DNA of 64,000 bases from Laetmonice hystrix (lineage: Eukaryota). Position numbers and translations under genes: made by a program. Position 1 is the first letter of the stretch. The number at the start of each line of letters is the position of its first letter. Location of the stretch: assembly GCA_965235115.1 (NCBI GenBank), contig OZ249436.1:19594001-19658000 (forward strand). The letters run 5' to 3'. The notes beneath the pieces were generated by a model that was not told the DNA's origin, searched no databases, and was given only the letters and a program-made list of their open reading frames with translations. Positions 26,673 to 38,102 of this stretch are shown here, piece by piece.

Positions 26673-27150
26673 TACGGTGGCCCATTAGGGACATGACAAT
26701 CTTTTGCTATTTTCAAGGTTTTACTTATAGGTTTTCACATTGTTATAAAGGTTTTCGCGATTTTCAAGCTTTTATTTATATTTTTCATAAGCCAGTTTTG
26801 CATACTTGTCATCGCAAAGAACGAAGAAAGAAAGACGATTATTGAGTAACAATGCAGAAAACCACGTGTTGAAAGAAATAACTAACAATGAAACATTAAA
26901 AGTGAAACTAGAAATGTTGTAAATGATATGAAAACGTGAGAAACGTTTCCATCGAGGTGGAAACGATTCCACCGCAGTGGAAACGGTTCTACCGCAGTGG
27001 AAACGGTTCCACCGCGGTGAAAACCTTTAAACCTTTCTACCGCGGTGGAAACGTTTCCAACTTGTGGGAAGTCCTACATCGGGTGGAAACCTGACCTGAC
27101 GAAATGCGCCTTGAAAAAAGCAATGTTGATGTCCCTAATGGGCCACCGTA
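26673..27150. mobile_element. Non-autonomous DNA transposon with 22-bp perfect TIRs (TACGG...CCGTA, IS3EU-like termini)
   Basis: TACGGTGGCCCATTAGGGACAT / ATGTCCCTAATGGGCCACCGTA; internal GTGGAAACG.TTCCACCGC repeats. No TSD preserved. Confidence 0.8.
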
Positions 27151-28088
27151 CTGTTGTCCTGAGAGACCGGCGCTGCCTACTTCATGCACGAAGGAAATAT
27201 TTCATTTGATCAGACCCACAGACAATAGCGCTGAAGGAATGTGTATTTCATAAGGGGCCAGTAGATGGGGGGGGGGGGGGGGACAAAACAGAGGAATAGA
27301 AGCTGCGGATAATATTATCCGGTATATTATATACGGCATTACGCACACTTCTTTATTGATGGGTCACAATTAATACATTTTGCAATCACTCACAATATCG
27401 AATCCTCTACCCCTGATAAACAACAACACTGCCGACCTCGGTCCTTGGAATGTAGGCGAACCTGCCTTTATTTTACAACCTTTTAGTTCAAATAACCACA
27501 ACTGAATGCAAGGCAGGAAGAGTATTCTAATGCTGGCAGTGGCACGAGGGCCTCAAATTTACACCCAGGGCTACAGAAATTTCGTTATAAGAAATGAGAC
27601 ACTTTCAGGAATATCTAAACTACTAAAACCCTCAAATATATAAATTTAAAAAATCATCCGATGGGTATATCTACATTAATACAACGTCTGATGGGAATAT
27701 CTACATTAAGAAAACCGTCTGGTTGGAATATCTACATAAATAAAACCGTCAGGTAGATATATCTCAGATCGGTTGATAAAACCGCCAGGTATGATGTCCA
27801 TGTGTACCACCGGCCATTTACTGTTGATAGAGTTGGTTTAGGATCAAATTCCATGTATTCTATTGTCTACAGGCGAACATCTAGGGTGATACTGAATGGC
27901 TCGGAGGGACTGCCTCCTGGAACTTGGAAAAAGTATCAATGGACATGCCCCCTACCCCTCCCTTTTACACGTCTTGTTCCCAAGCAACAGATCGCCTATA
28001 AAAAAAAATATTTATAAAAATTTAAAAAAATTAAAAAGTTGGCGCCAATGTTACCAAATTACCAGTAATTAGCACTCCGACGGTTTCC

Positions 28089-28217
28089 ACATCCTCAACA
28101 CCTAGTTAAGTTGACATCCTCAACACTTAGTAAAGTTCACATCCTCAACACCTAGTAAAGTTCACATCCTCAACACCTAGTAAAGTTCACATCCTCAACA
28201 CCTAGTAAAGTTCACAT
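28089..28217. repeat. 25-bp minisatellite, ~5 copies
   Basis: Unit ACATCCTCAACACCTAGTAAAGTTC. Confidence 0.9.
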
Positions 28218-28792
28218 AATTTGCCGGAAGTCACTGACTCTTGATGTGTCTCCAGTCTATGGCCGATACATGGAGCTTGCATGGATTCACTTCCGGTGGA
28301 GTATTGTGACGTAATACCTCTACAAGGTGGTACAGGAACATGATCTATATTGCACCTCTGTGTTAAATACCCGTTCCCACCTTACCCCTTCCTCATACCT
28401 ATCCCCACCCTCGCCCCGTCCTTACTTCCCCCTTCACACACCAAATATGTATAAGTTGATGAGTCGGCTGGATTCTGAAGATTTGTTACTGTACTTTTCT
28501 AATCTAGTCCTTTGCTTGAATCAAGCTGAATATCCAATGTCATTTTGGGAAAGCTATGTCCTAGAACCTGGGAACTGGATCCCTGAAAAAAATAAACAAT
28601 TTATAGAGTTCCAATAGCACATAATGTTGTTCATAATGCAGACATTTTTTTATTTATTATGCAGTCAGATTACGAGTTTTTCATCATACTGTTATTACTC
28701 TGTACATACGGTACAGGTATATATATGTGTATCTTATTACTTATCAAAGCCCCCCCCCCCCCCCCCCGAATTACCGGTGAATGTCTCAGTCA

Positions 28793-28955
28793 ACTGGCGG
28801 CCGATATTATGTGTACTGTTGGTCGATATTATGTGTATTGGCGGCAATATTAATTACCGCTACTGGCGGCCGATATATGTGTACTGGCGGCCGATATATG
28901 TGTACTGGCGGCCGATATATGTGTACTGGCGGCTGATAGAATGCGTACTGGCGGC
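28793..28955. repeat. 21-bp minisatellite
   Basis: Unit TACTGGCGGCCGATATATGTG with degenerate flanking copies. Confidence 0.85.
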
Positions 28956-29237
28956 CTTTTTTTTAGAATCTGATGATCTTGGTAATCCGAGGTTTGTAAC
29001 CCCCCCCCCCCTCATCCCAGTGTACGTACCGAGGTTGTGAGTACCCACGGCCCGAGTACTCAGAGTAGGCACTGTGGGGTCTGTGCTGAGAGGTCAAGGA
29101 CGAGGAGGTGGACGTTCTTGTCAGTCTGCCATGGTCTGGAAGGATTCAATGATATCACCAATCAAGGTCAGAGGTCAAAGTTTCAGGTCAAGTAAGGGTC
29201 CATGGTAATATCAACGTCACACAGCAGAGGGTCATGG

Positions 29238-32200
29238 TCACCGTGGAAAGTCAATCTGAACACAGACTGAAATAAACAGATCACTGATTTATTTCCGTTT
29301 CCGGCGGAACTGGTGTGCTAATTAACTAAGACATGACAGAAAAGGTACTTCATGTGAACATGCAGTAACTAACTGTTACCGCTACGTTTGAAAAAACTAT
29401 GTTTTTTAAAGGCATTAACCTTGCTCTGGGGTAATTCTGTCATGTGTGGGGGAGGGGCCCATAGCCGGTAGAGGGCGTGTCCTGTTGTCACGGTAACGCG
29501 TCCGTCTTGGGTAAACATTCATTACAAAGGCTGCATTGGAATTCTGGGAGAAATTCTCTTCCGGACTTGGATACCTGGAAAAAAAATATATACGGTAAAT
29601 TTATACAAGCTTCTGTGGCGTTATGGACTACCACTCAACCTCTGTAAGTGACCAATCTGATTACTGAAAACCTCAATGTTTAATCACGTCACAGAAATTC
29701 AAAGTTACAAATTTGCGTTTCCAATTACATCCCGGTTACTTACCAAGCGTCCTGATAGAGATGAGTGTGTCTGTCCTCGACTGTTTGGCGAAACTCTCCC
29801 AGCTGAAACAGAGGAGAAGGAGCGAATAAAAAAGAAACTCTACCACACCGCTACCCCTCAATGACTACCAACAAACTGACGCCATGCAGTATAGTCTTCA
29901 ATCTATAGATGATCTTTTTAAGATAAAGTACTGCTTCGCATTTTCCAGCGATAACTTGTCCTGTCTGCTCAGAAATATAAATTTATATAATGATTTATCT
30001 CATTATGTGTCGATTTACTAGCAAACATGATTGGCGTCTGGTCTGAGATGAATTTGCAAACATGTAAGGAGCTATAGAAAATAGTCGGGTTTCTTTTTCC
30101 CGAACATAAGATGCAATTGGTATCCCAGCAAAGTTAGAGCAAATTTATCCTTTTCTTGTCCCCGCGCCAAATGCCCCCCCCCCCCCCCCCCACACACACA
30201 CACGTCATCGCCTAAATCTAAACTACTTCATATTAATAATATTATTGTGACAGAAAGCTTGAACGGTTCTTTGACGTATGTTGGAGTGCTGTGAAGTTTT
30301 CAGTCTTTAATTAAAAACAGCAACGAAAAGTTTCGTTTTCTTCAGCAGTTTGAAAAAAATATACATAGTTTATATTTGTTTATTCACTTGTGAAGTTGTG
30401 TTCCTATAGAAGAAAGGTGACAGTAATAAATGACCACCTTTCAACCAGCGGCTGTAGAAATCTCCCACGAGCCAGTGCTGGGACACCCCACTGATATTCC
30501 ATTGTAGCGGAATCAATACAAATGGCAGCCATTACCTGTGGCATTCACTCCCCTCGCCTACATTATGCAGTATTTGTACATTAGCTGCCTGGTTCGGAGC
30601 AATGAACGGGTTTAATCAGCATACTCACGTACTGATGTAAGTGAGAGATTATTGAAATAACGGTCAATCAGGGCGGGCCCAGGTGTACGGCACGGCACGG
30701 CAACGACATGCTGTCTGATTACCGTACCGTACACCACCTGTGGAGGCCTACCATTCTGATATTGATTATTGACGTGGATACAGGTGATTGACTAGAATCC
30801 CATATTGACGTGGTACATTGCGAAAATATCAGCTTGAAATACAAAATGTCTGTAACTTAAATTATTGCTGGAAGAGGAAGCAAAAACCTTACATTATATT
30901 TTGATACCAACCCAGACAAAACCTCAGTCGTGACGGACTCAGTGAAGGTTAACTTTAAGTATACCTGGAATAGATTATGTGAATGAGTGTGATGTCCATT
31001 CACATTGAAGAGTTCAGCCTTGTTACCTTTGTCACATTCACCCATTGAACGTTTCAGGGAACACAAGTGTGAAGACTGAATTAATTAAATAGGGAGCGCT
31101 GAACAAAAGACATTAAACATGTATAATCATTACTGTATGCCTCAATCCATATCGTATTAACCTAATTATTGGTAGGATAACGGACCACTGCCAGCCTCTG
31201 TGTGTCTTAAACGTTAATCACTGAAATATCCTGTAATTAACCTAGGTAATTCAGCTTGACATATAAACTAGCAACACTGGCATAAACTAGTGTTTTAGGC
31301 GATCGAGATTATCTGTGTGCAGGCATACTTTAAATCTACTAAAACAGAGCGAGGATTATCCTCAGTTCATCCATACATGGAAAATAAATCCGTTCAGACT
31401 AAGCAGATCAAAAGCTCACAGGGTTTTATTAACTGTTACCTCGTGTCAGAACAATAATTGTACCTCGAGAATATCTTAGTGTGACTCTCTACGTCTGTGG
31501 CCTTCGGTGCAAATTTACAGGAAGAAAACGGAAGGGGGGGGGGGTATATACCTTTTTGTGGAAGTGGACCTTTATTTGGGGGAAAAAGTCAACCTTTTGG
31601 GGGGTAAAATCGTACCAGGGCGTCCTACTTGAATGGATCGTATCCAGGGCTTCCAGTGAAGGATGATCTGTCTTTCACTAAAAACGGGCAAGTAAAAACT
31701 TAAAGAGAGGTCGTCTGTCCTGTTGTGATAGTGATACTGATAGTATGGGGCCTCTCATAGATACGTCACCAATGCAGTGACAGGAACTGGTGTCAATCAT
31801 AGTTACCTGTAGTGAAACTGAAAGGTGTCATAGTTACCTGGAGTGGCACGTGTCAATCATAGTTACCTGTAGTGAAAGGTGTCATAGTTACCTGGAGTGG
31901 CACGTGTCAATCATAGTTACCTGTAGTGAAAGGTGTCATAGTTACCTGGAGTGGCATGTGTCAATCATAGTTACCTGTAGTGAAAGGTGTCATAGTTACC
32001 TGGAGTGCCATGTGTCAATCATAGTTACCTGTATGTCTAGTGACAGGTGTCAGTCATAGTTACCTACACTGAAAGGTGTCATAGTTACCTGTAACTGTAG
32101 GCCTAGTGACAGGTGTCAATCATAGTTTCCCGTAGTGCCAAGTGGCATTCACAGTTACCTGTAGTGACAGGTGTCAATCATAGTTAACTGTAGTGACAAG

Positions 32201-33089
32201 TGTCAATCATAGTTACCTGTAGTGACAGGTGTCAATCATAGTTACCTGTATTTGTCGTCCTGTCTGGAGGGGTTTCCAGTCAATGTATCGAGGGATTCCC
32301 CAGCCTATCCCCCCTACACAGGAGGACTTGGGGCGTGGGAACGGGATGCCTTTAGGTGCCCTCCACAGGTACTCCACCTCACTGGTACCCTCAGGTGACA
32401 TGGTACCCTCCCCAACACACCTGTGTTCATCCTCTACGGCTACCCGGTGGTCCCGGATACCGTCAGGACCTGCAAATTATTACTGGTCTTAATGACAATA
32501 TTGTACATTAAAACTAGTGACAGTAGTGTAGAAATTTTGCTGATCTTGACCGACTGTCGCTGGTCGAACATTCCAAAAACCCTAAAAGTTAAACCGTCGA
32601 CTCGTGTAGGCCTACATGACAGAAACATTGTAATTCTATCAACTGGTCATGACCTGAAAAAATACCGTAGAAAAAGATTATTTGTATCTGTACTTTGATC
32701 AATCGTTGTCTAAGGGAAGGCTAAGCTACCATGGCATGGTACACTAGGAATGAGGTATTGGTATACTACTAGTACTACTAGTACTACTACTAGTACATGT
32801 ACTAGGTCTAGCTAGGACGGATTACCTGATGAACACCCGCATGAGTTCTAGAATCTGTAACGATAACGTGTGTTATTATGAATAATATTTTGCATTGATT
32901 TCTAAGCTAAGGACTGAATATTTGAAATACGTCACCTGTGAAGAGAACTGCCCCGCGGCCGAGGCGGCCGGGCCCGGAGGACGACGACGCGCCATCCCGC
33001 CCCCGGCCGTGCAGGGGTTGGGCCGAGTCTCCTGACAACGACGATGAGAAAGTCAACGATTCCTGGCGATGATCGTAAGGCATAGTCAT
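29238..33089 (-). CDS. SPMIP2: C4orf45/SPMIP2-like (DUF4562) sperm/ciliary microtubule inner protein, 206 aa, 5 coding exons
   Basis: GT-AG exons 32936-33089, 32246-32469, 29744-29802, 29420-29574 and 29238-29266 total 621 nt with all phases compatible. The protein has LFTGPDGIRDH..VGEG..YLWR..VGGIGWGIP..GRQIQLGEFRQ..THLYQDAWYPSP, matching recalled C4orf45 motifs IFTGPDYIKDY, YLWR, IGWRIP and THRYQNPW. Confidence 0.8.
31776..32250. repeat. Intronic minisatellite of 25/29-bp monomers with a 54-bp higher-order dimer, overlapping the SPMIP2-like exon 2 donor
   Basis: GTGTCAATCATAGTTACCTGTAGTGAMAG and GTGTCATAGTTACCTGGAGTGGCAC units. Confidence 0.9.
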
Positions 33090-33299
33090 GCAGTCGCTGG
33101 CCAGGCAAGGCCTACTCCACCGGAAGGTAATCCAGATTAATGACAACGATAAGCACAGCCACAGGTGTCCCTTACAAGTACAACAGTGACCTCTGGGTCA
33201 CGTGTGTGTATACAGCCGTACAGACGGCGCCCTCCCTCGCTCCCGGCCGTCTCTCGGTCTGTGGCTTTGAGCGGCTCGCAGCCGTTCACAGGGCATCGA

Positions 33300-33475
33300 C
33301 AGGCGTCGTTACCAGGCAGCAACCTCGTTCACCACCTCCATTCATGACCCAGTCACACAGGCGGGTCTATGACGTCATAATATACACAGCCCGCTCAATC
33401 AGTATGTTACGTCCTCATATGGCTATTATTACGTCATAATATGTATATTATACTACAAGTACTGTGACGTACGCT
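33300..33475 (-). promoter_or_regulatory. Putative promoter of the SPMIP2-like gene: X-box-like and CRE sites
   Basis: GTTACCAGGCAGCAAC (~33308, RFX X-box-like), perfect TGACGTCA at ~33370, TTACGTCA at ~33429 and GTGACGT at ~33464, all 200-400 bp upstream of the ATG. Confidence 0.45.
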
Positions 33476-33890
33476 TATACTAAACGTCCCTGATCAGGGC
33501 CCGGTTTCAGAAAGGTTAGCATGATCTTAACTTAACTGCTAACACAGGGGTGCGTTTCACAACCTGTCGTTATAGCTTGTATTGTAAACATTTTAATATT
33601 ACGCATGACAGGGCTACGATTGTTGTGAAACGCAACCTGGCGGATCCACCACGACAGCGAGTGGACAGTTTCCGGTCTAAAAATCATGAGCACAAGTTGG
33701 GCCAGGGGGTTTCCGGGTTGCCCGGGACTCGGCCCCCACCCCCACCCCCCAAAAAATTGTTTGCTTTTGATTAGAGATTAAAAAAATTGTTTTGTTTTTT
33801 GTTGGAAGCAAAAAAAAAAAAAAGGTTGATCAGAAGGAAAAACCATACCCTCCCCCCAGCTATTAAATGTGTGAAGTTAGGATCCGATTC

Positions 33891-34040
33891 AGGGGCCGGT
33901 TTTACTAAAGGTCGAAAATAACGACGTCGAAAATTTAACATAGAAGTGAATGGGTTGCTAGGTCGAAAATAACGACCTAGCAACCATTCACTTCCATGTT
34001 TAATTTTCGACGTCGTTATTTTCGACCTTTAGTAAAACTG
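33891..34040. mobile_element. Palindromic MITE
   Basis: GTTTTACTAAAGGTCGAAAATAACGACGTCGAAAATT ... AATTTTCGACGTCGTTATTTTCGACCTTTAGTAAAAC. Confidence 0.8.
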
Positions 34041-34524
34041 TAACAAGGGGAAGGCCGACTCTCGCTTGTGCCGCTTGGGGCGCTATATAGTAGTGTCATG
34101 TTTTTCGCAGCGCCCCCACCGGTGAGGAGAGACGTAATGTCATTTGCCTTGGCCCAAGCACCTGAAAGTGTATGGCCTTGTCTATTGTGTCCCTAAATGC
34201 ACAAATTATATCAAATTAATTTTAGAATCTATAAAAGTATATGGCATTCACATTCACATTCACATCTGTTACTTAATCTTTTCAAGATTTACGAAAGAAA
34301 ACTCAGATTATGAGGGTACGAAATTGTAACGTCACAAACTTTGCCGATCTCTGGCGATGACAGTCTTGGATTGAGAAAGGAGGGGCCATGCTAAACAATT
34401 CTAAGTCTATGACAGTGTTTGGTTCAATATTTTATCCACTTATATCACGTTTCGACGTTCTTCCTGGTGTATTTTAGCAGTTAGGGGCGTTTGAACTGCC
34501 GAAGCGAAGCACCGTCCGCCATTA

Positions 34525-35322
34525 TAGGGCGCCTAAGTATGTCACGAGAATTCAAGAGATTTCGCGTTGTCGGGACAAGGAGCAGATAGCCTCGCTGGTT
34601 TAACATTGCGATGGCCATAGGGAACAGTGACAGTCAACTTTAAAATATTTTCATTCTGCAGTGAAGTCGCTGTTAATATTTAAACGTTACAATACATGAT
34701 GGCTGGCATGTTTACTCTGGGATAAAGTTTGTTTTATAGTTTAGAAAGTTAGATTGTGAATATACGGGCTGGTTTTTGTAAGCCTGTCGGCCCTGTCAAT
34801 GCTAATCCTATGGGAAATTTTTTGACGTCACAATCGCATGGCGCACGTTTGGTGGTACCGCGAGCTGGTTTGAGGCTATTTAACGTCATTTGCATAACCA
34901 GGTCACGAGACTTAGGCGCCCTATAGGGAGCCGAAGTAGGTCACGAGAATTCAAGAGATTTCGCGTTGTGGGGACAAGGAGCAGATAGCCTCGCTGGTTT
35001 AACATTGCGATGGCCATAGAGAACAGTGACAGTCAACTTTAAAATATTTTCATTCTGCAGTGAGGTCGCTGTTAATATTTCACTGTTACAATCCATGATT
35101 GCTGGCATGTTTACTCTAGGATAAAGTTTGTTTTATAGTTTAGAAAGTTAGATTGTGAATATACAGGCTGGTTTTTGTAAACCTGTCGGCCCTGTCAATG
35201 CTAATCCTATGGGGAAATTTTTGACGTCACAATCGCATGACGCACGTTTGGTGCTATCGCGAGCTGGTTTGAGGCTATTTAACGTCATTTGCATAACCAG
35301 GTCACGAGACTTCGGCGCCCTA
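34525..35322. mobile_element. Head-to-tail dimer of a 399-bp MITE with TAG...CTA termini (Academ-like)
   Basis: Copies at 34525-34923 and 34924-35322; TIR TAGGGCGCCTAAGT/ACTTAGGCGCCCTA; the copies differ by scattered substitutions. Confidence 0.8.
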
Positions 35323-36289
35323 TTTAGGGCCCGTTATGATCACATTCCATTGTGGCCCATTGTGACGTAGCGCTATTGTGCATTGTTCCTGACGTCGCTG
35401 ATTGGGTCTCTCGATCACGGTGTGCGCAGGGCCCGATAAAATCGATTTTTAAAATATCTCAGAGTTTCCCAGGGCTTTTAACCCTTTCAGGACTGACAAT
35501 GGTAAAATCGTTCAAATATGAACGATGATTCTTGAGCCAAAGTTCATGCCCTGTGACCTTTGAGGTATTTTTTTTTTTTAATGAGAGAAATAAATTAAAA
35601 TATGGCCCCATCTCCAGATTTTTTCACATTTCAGCAGTGACCTGCACGTATCCGAGTGCTGGAAGTGTGGGTCACGTGACATATTCACAATAATAGTCAA
35701 AGAAGTCTGTCACGTGGTGTAAATTTGCTATTTAGTATTTCAACATGCATAGATTTTGCATTGAACAACTAGAAATATATAAAATAATTAAAGGAACATT
35801 GGCTCTTTCATGTCATTGAAAAAAAACCACTTTCAATTCATTCATATTTCTAGTAAAGACAGAAAAATCGTCATTATAATATATATAAGCCAGTTACTAG
35901 GACAGTTCCGTTACCATGGCAACCATATTTAAAGAAAAACCAAATAATTGGTATATGCCCCAAATTAACATACATATATACGCCTAAGGAGATCCAGGCT
36001 ACATTTTAAACACTCTCAATATATGGTATGTGACCCAGCTGTATCGTAGTACTGGCAGTATGGATCACGTGATAGGCATATATCCTCAAATATAAAATCA
36101 GTTTCACAAACACAGAAGACATCAGCATTTTGGGTCTTAATTATATGACTCTTTAAATCTGAATTATATATCTATTGAGGTTCAAAGAAGCCAGACGAAT
36201 ACCAAGGCAAAGTGTTCCCTACACTGAGCCATCATACAAAAGGCCTTTGTGGCTCATTTGGACGATTCGACCACATGTTGCCATTCGAA

Positions 36290-36660
36290 AGCTGTTTTAG
36301 AAGCGTCCTCGTATTCGATTCGTCCAGTCTCTCAGTACCTGATTTACTGGTCCTAAGGTAAACGTTCCTATAGTTCTGGTGGCCATGAAGAGATTACTTA
36401 GCCCGTAGAACTCCAATTTTGTTGTCTTTGTTGTCAAACTGGACTTTAACAAGGCCTGGCCTACCTTGGACTCTGGATTTGAGCCTTACACTCCTCATTG
36501 GCTTGACTTCTGGTTTTCCCATACCATACAACATTTCTTGCACCTCCCTTTCAAGATCCTCCTGTGCGTCTTCCGACAGACCAATAGCTACGATTGTCTC
36601 CTTGGGATCGAAGTGAGTCTGGGGAACAGTTGGTGGTTTAGGGTTGTTGCTAGCACAACA
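36290..36660 (-). mobile_element. LINE ORF1 (RRM-type) fragment with in-frame stop
   Basis: TIVAIGLSEDAQEDL..SVRLKSRVQGRPGLVKVQF..KIGVLRAK*SLHGHQNYRNVYLR, a typical L2/CR1/L1 ORF1p pattern. Confidence 0.7.
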
Positions 36661-37028
36661 AGCTTTCCAACGAGTGGGAATAGACGAGGAAAACTTTTTT
36701 CTCGTCAATGAAGACTTGTCAATGAAAACATGGTCGTGTAGAAGGGCTAAATCCCCTTTCCCACCTTCACGATTTCTACACCGATTCATGCCGATGTAAG
36801 ATCGTGGCAAGTCGTAGGGAAGACTTCGGGGTGTCGTAGATATAGTCGTTGGAAGACCTGAACAGTCGCAAAAGTCGTCTCGTTTTCGTTGTGGCACAAG
36901 TTTAGCCCCGTTAAATTCCCACCTAGCCGATTTTGATCCTGAAATGTCAAGAATTGGGTGGGTCATAATAACATGGTTGGTGGGAGGGGGGTAATTAAAA
37001 TGGGGCAGGCTAAGAGTCTGTAGACCTA

Positions 37029-38102
37029 CTACTGTTGGCCGCCGAGTTCCGTTAGCCCTTTTTGGGTGATCAGATCAACAGCCGGCGTGATGGCGACCCC
37101 AGCCGTCGTCAGGACGACTCCGAACACTTCTAGAACATTCCTGTGTCCTGGTATAATGTCTTTTAACACTGTGTACTGCGGCAGAAGTAACATTACAACT
37201 CCAAAAGAGCGTACCAGGTTTGCACGCATGGGGCCAATCACTTGGCATGCGTATAAGTATCCAATGGCATTGAATGTAGCACTCAAACAATGACCCACAA
37301 TCAATACTATATCAACTGCCCGAGTGGGAATGATGAGCTCTTCAAAGTAAAACGAAATGCACAATGACGCTATACCACCAAGGGAAGACAGCCAGACGAC
37401 TTGGCTCACTGGATTTATATCAGTGAGTACGAACCCACAAATGATAGATACTGTAGCAGTTGAAAAGCCACCTATGACAACCAGTATGTAGCCCAAGAGA
37501 ATAGTCGAGTCAAAAGTATGTTCACAAGTGTTGCCTCCGGTTTCTGTAATGTTGAAATCATTTTGAAGGCACAAACTGTTATTTCGAAGTTCCCTCTGGA
37601 AAAACGGCTCAGGTTGGCTGATACAGAATACCAGTCCCACACACACATAATGGCAATCCACTGAACCAATTCGGGTCTTCAAGAATAGTTTACACAGAAG
37701 TGTTGTCGCTATAATTGTTGACAGGTTATTGGTTGCACTGGTAGCTGTGACAGAAATCATCGCACTTCCCCCAAAGTACGCAGCATTGTAGGCAATGTTG
37801 GAAAAGACAATAAGGCATATCCAACCATAGTTGGTTTGGTCAGTTGCGAATGGAATTCTCTGTGTCTGTATGATGAGAAAACTTATGCTTAATTGAATGA
37901 CGTACCTAAATACGTTAAGCTGGAAGTCAGGTATCAACCGACGCAAGGCCTGAACACATGAGATCCCAATGCCATCAGCGATAACGGTACCAATAGCTGC
38001 CAGGTATCCCAGCAAGGATCGCCAGGTCTCCGTACTTATAGTCTCATTGCAAGCGCTTTCTGGAATAACAGATACCGATACTTTATTCGTTGCTGGCGTC
38101 AC
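37029..38102 (-). pseudogene. EamA/SLC35G-like transporter copy 1, probably degenerate
   Basis: Highly similar to the other two copies. The ATG they use (38047 here) reads ATG AGA CTA TAA, and three internal indels (-5, +1, -2) scramble one TM segment although the frame stays open. Confidence 0.65.

Noticed and set aside
29170..29195. miR-87-like CAAAGTTTCAGGT
   Set aside because: Seed is absent and no pre-miRNA hairpin; lies antisense to a 3' UTR.
31790..32059. Repeat protein (SIIVTCSERCHSYLEWHV)n
   Set aside because: Antisense reading of an intronic minisatellite.
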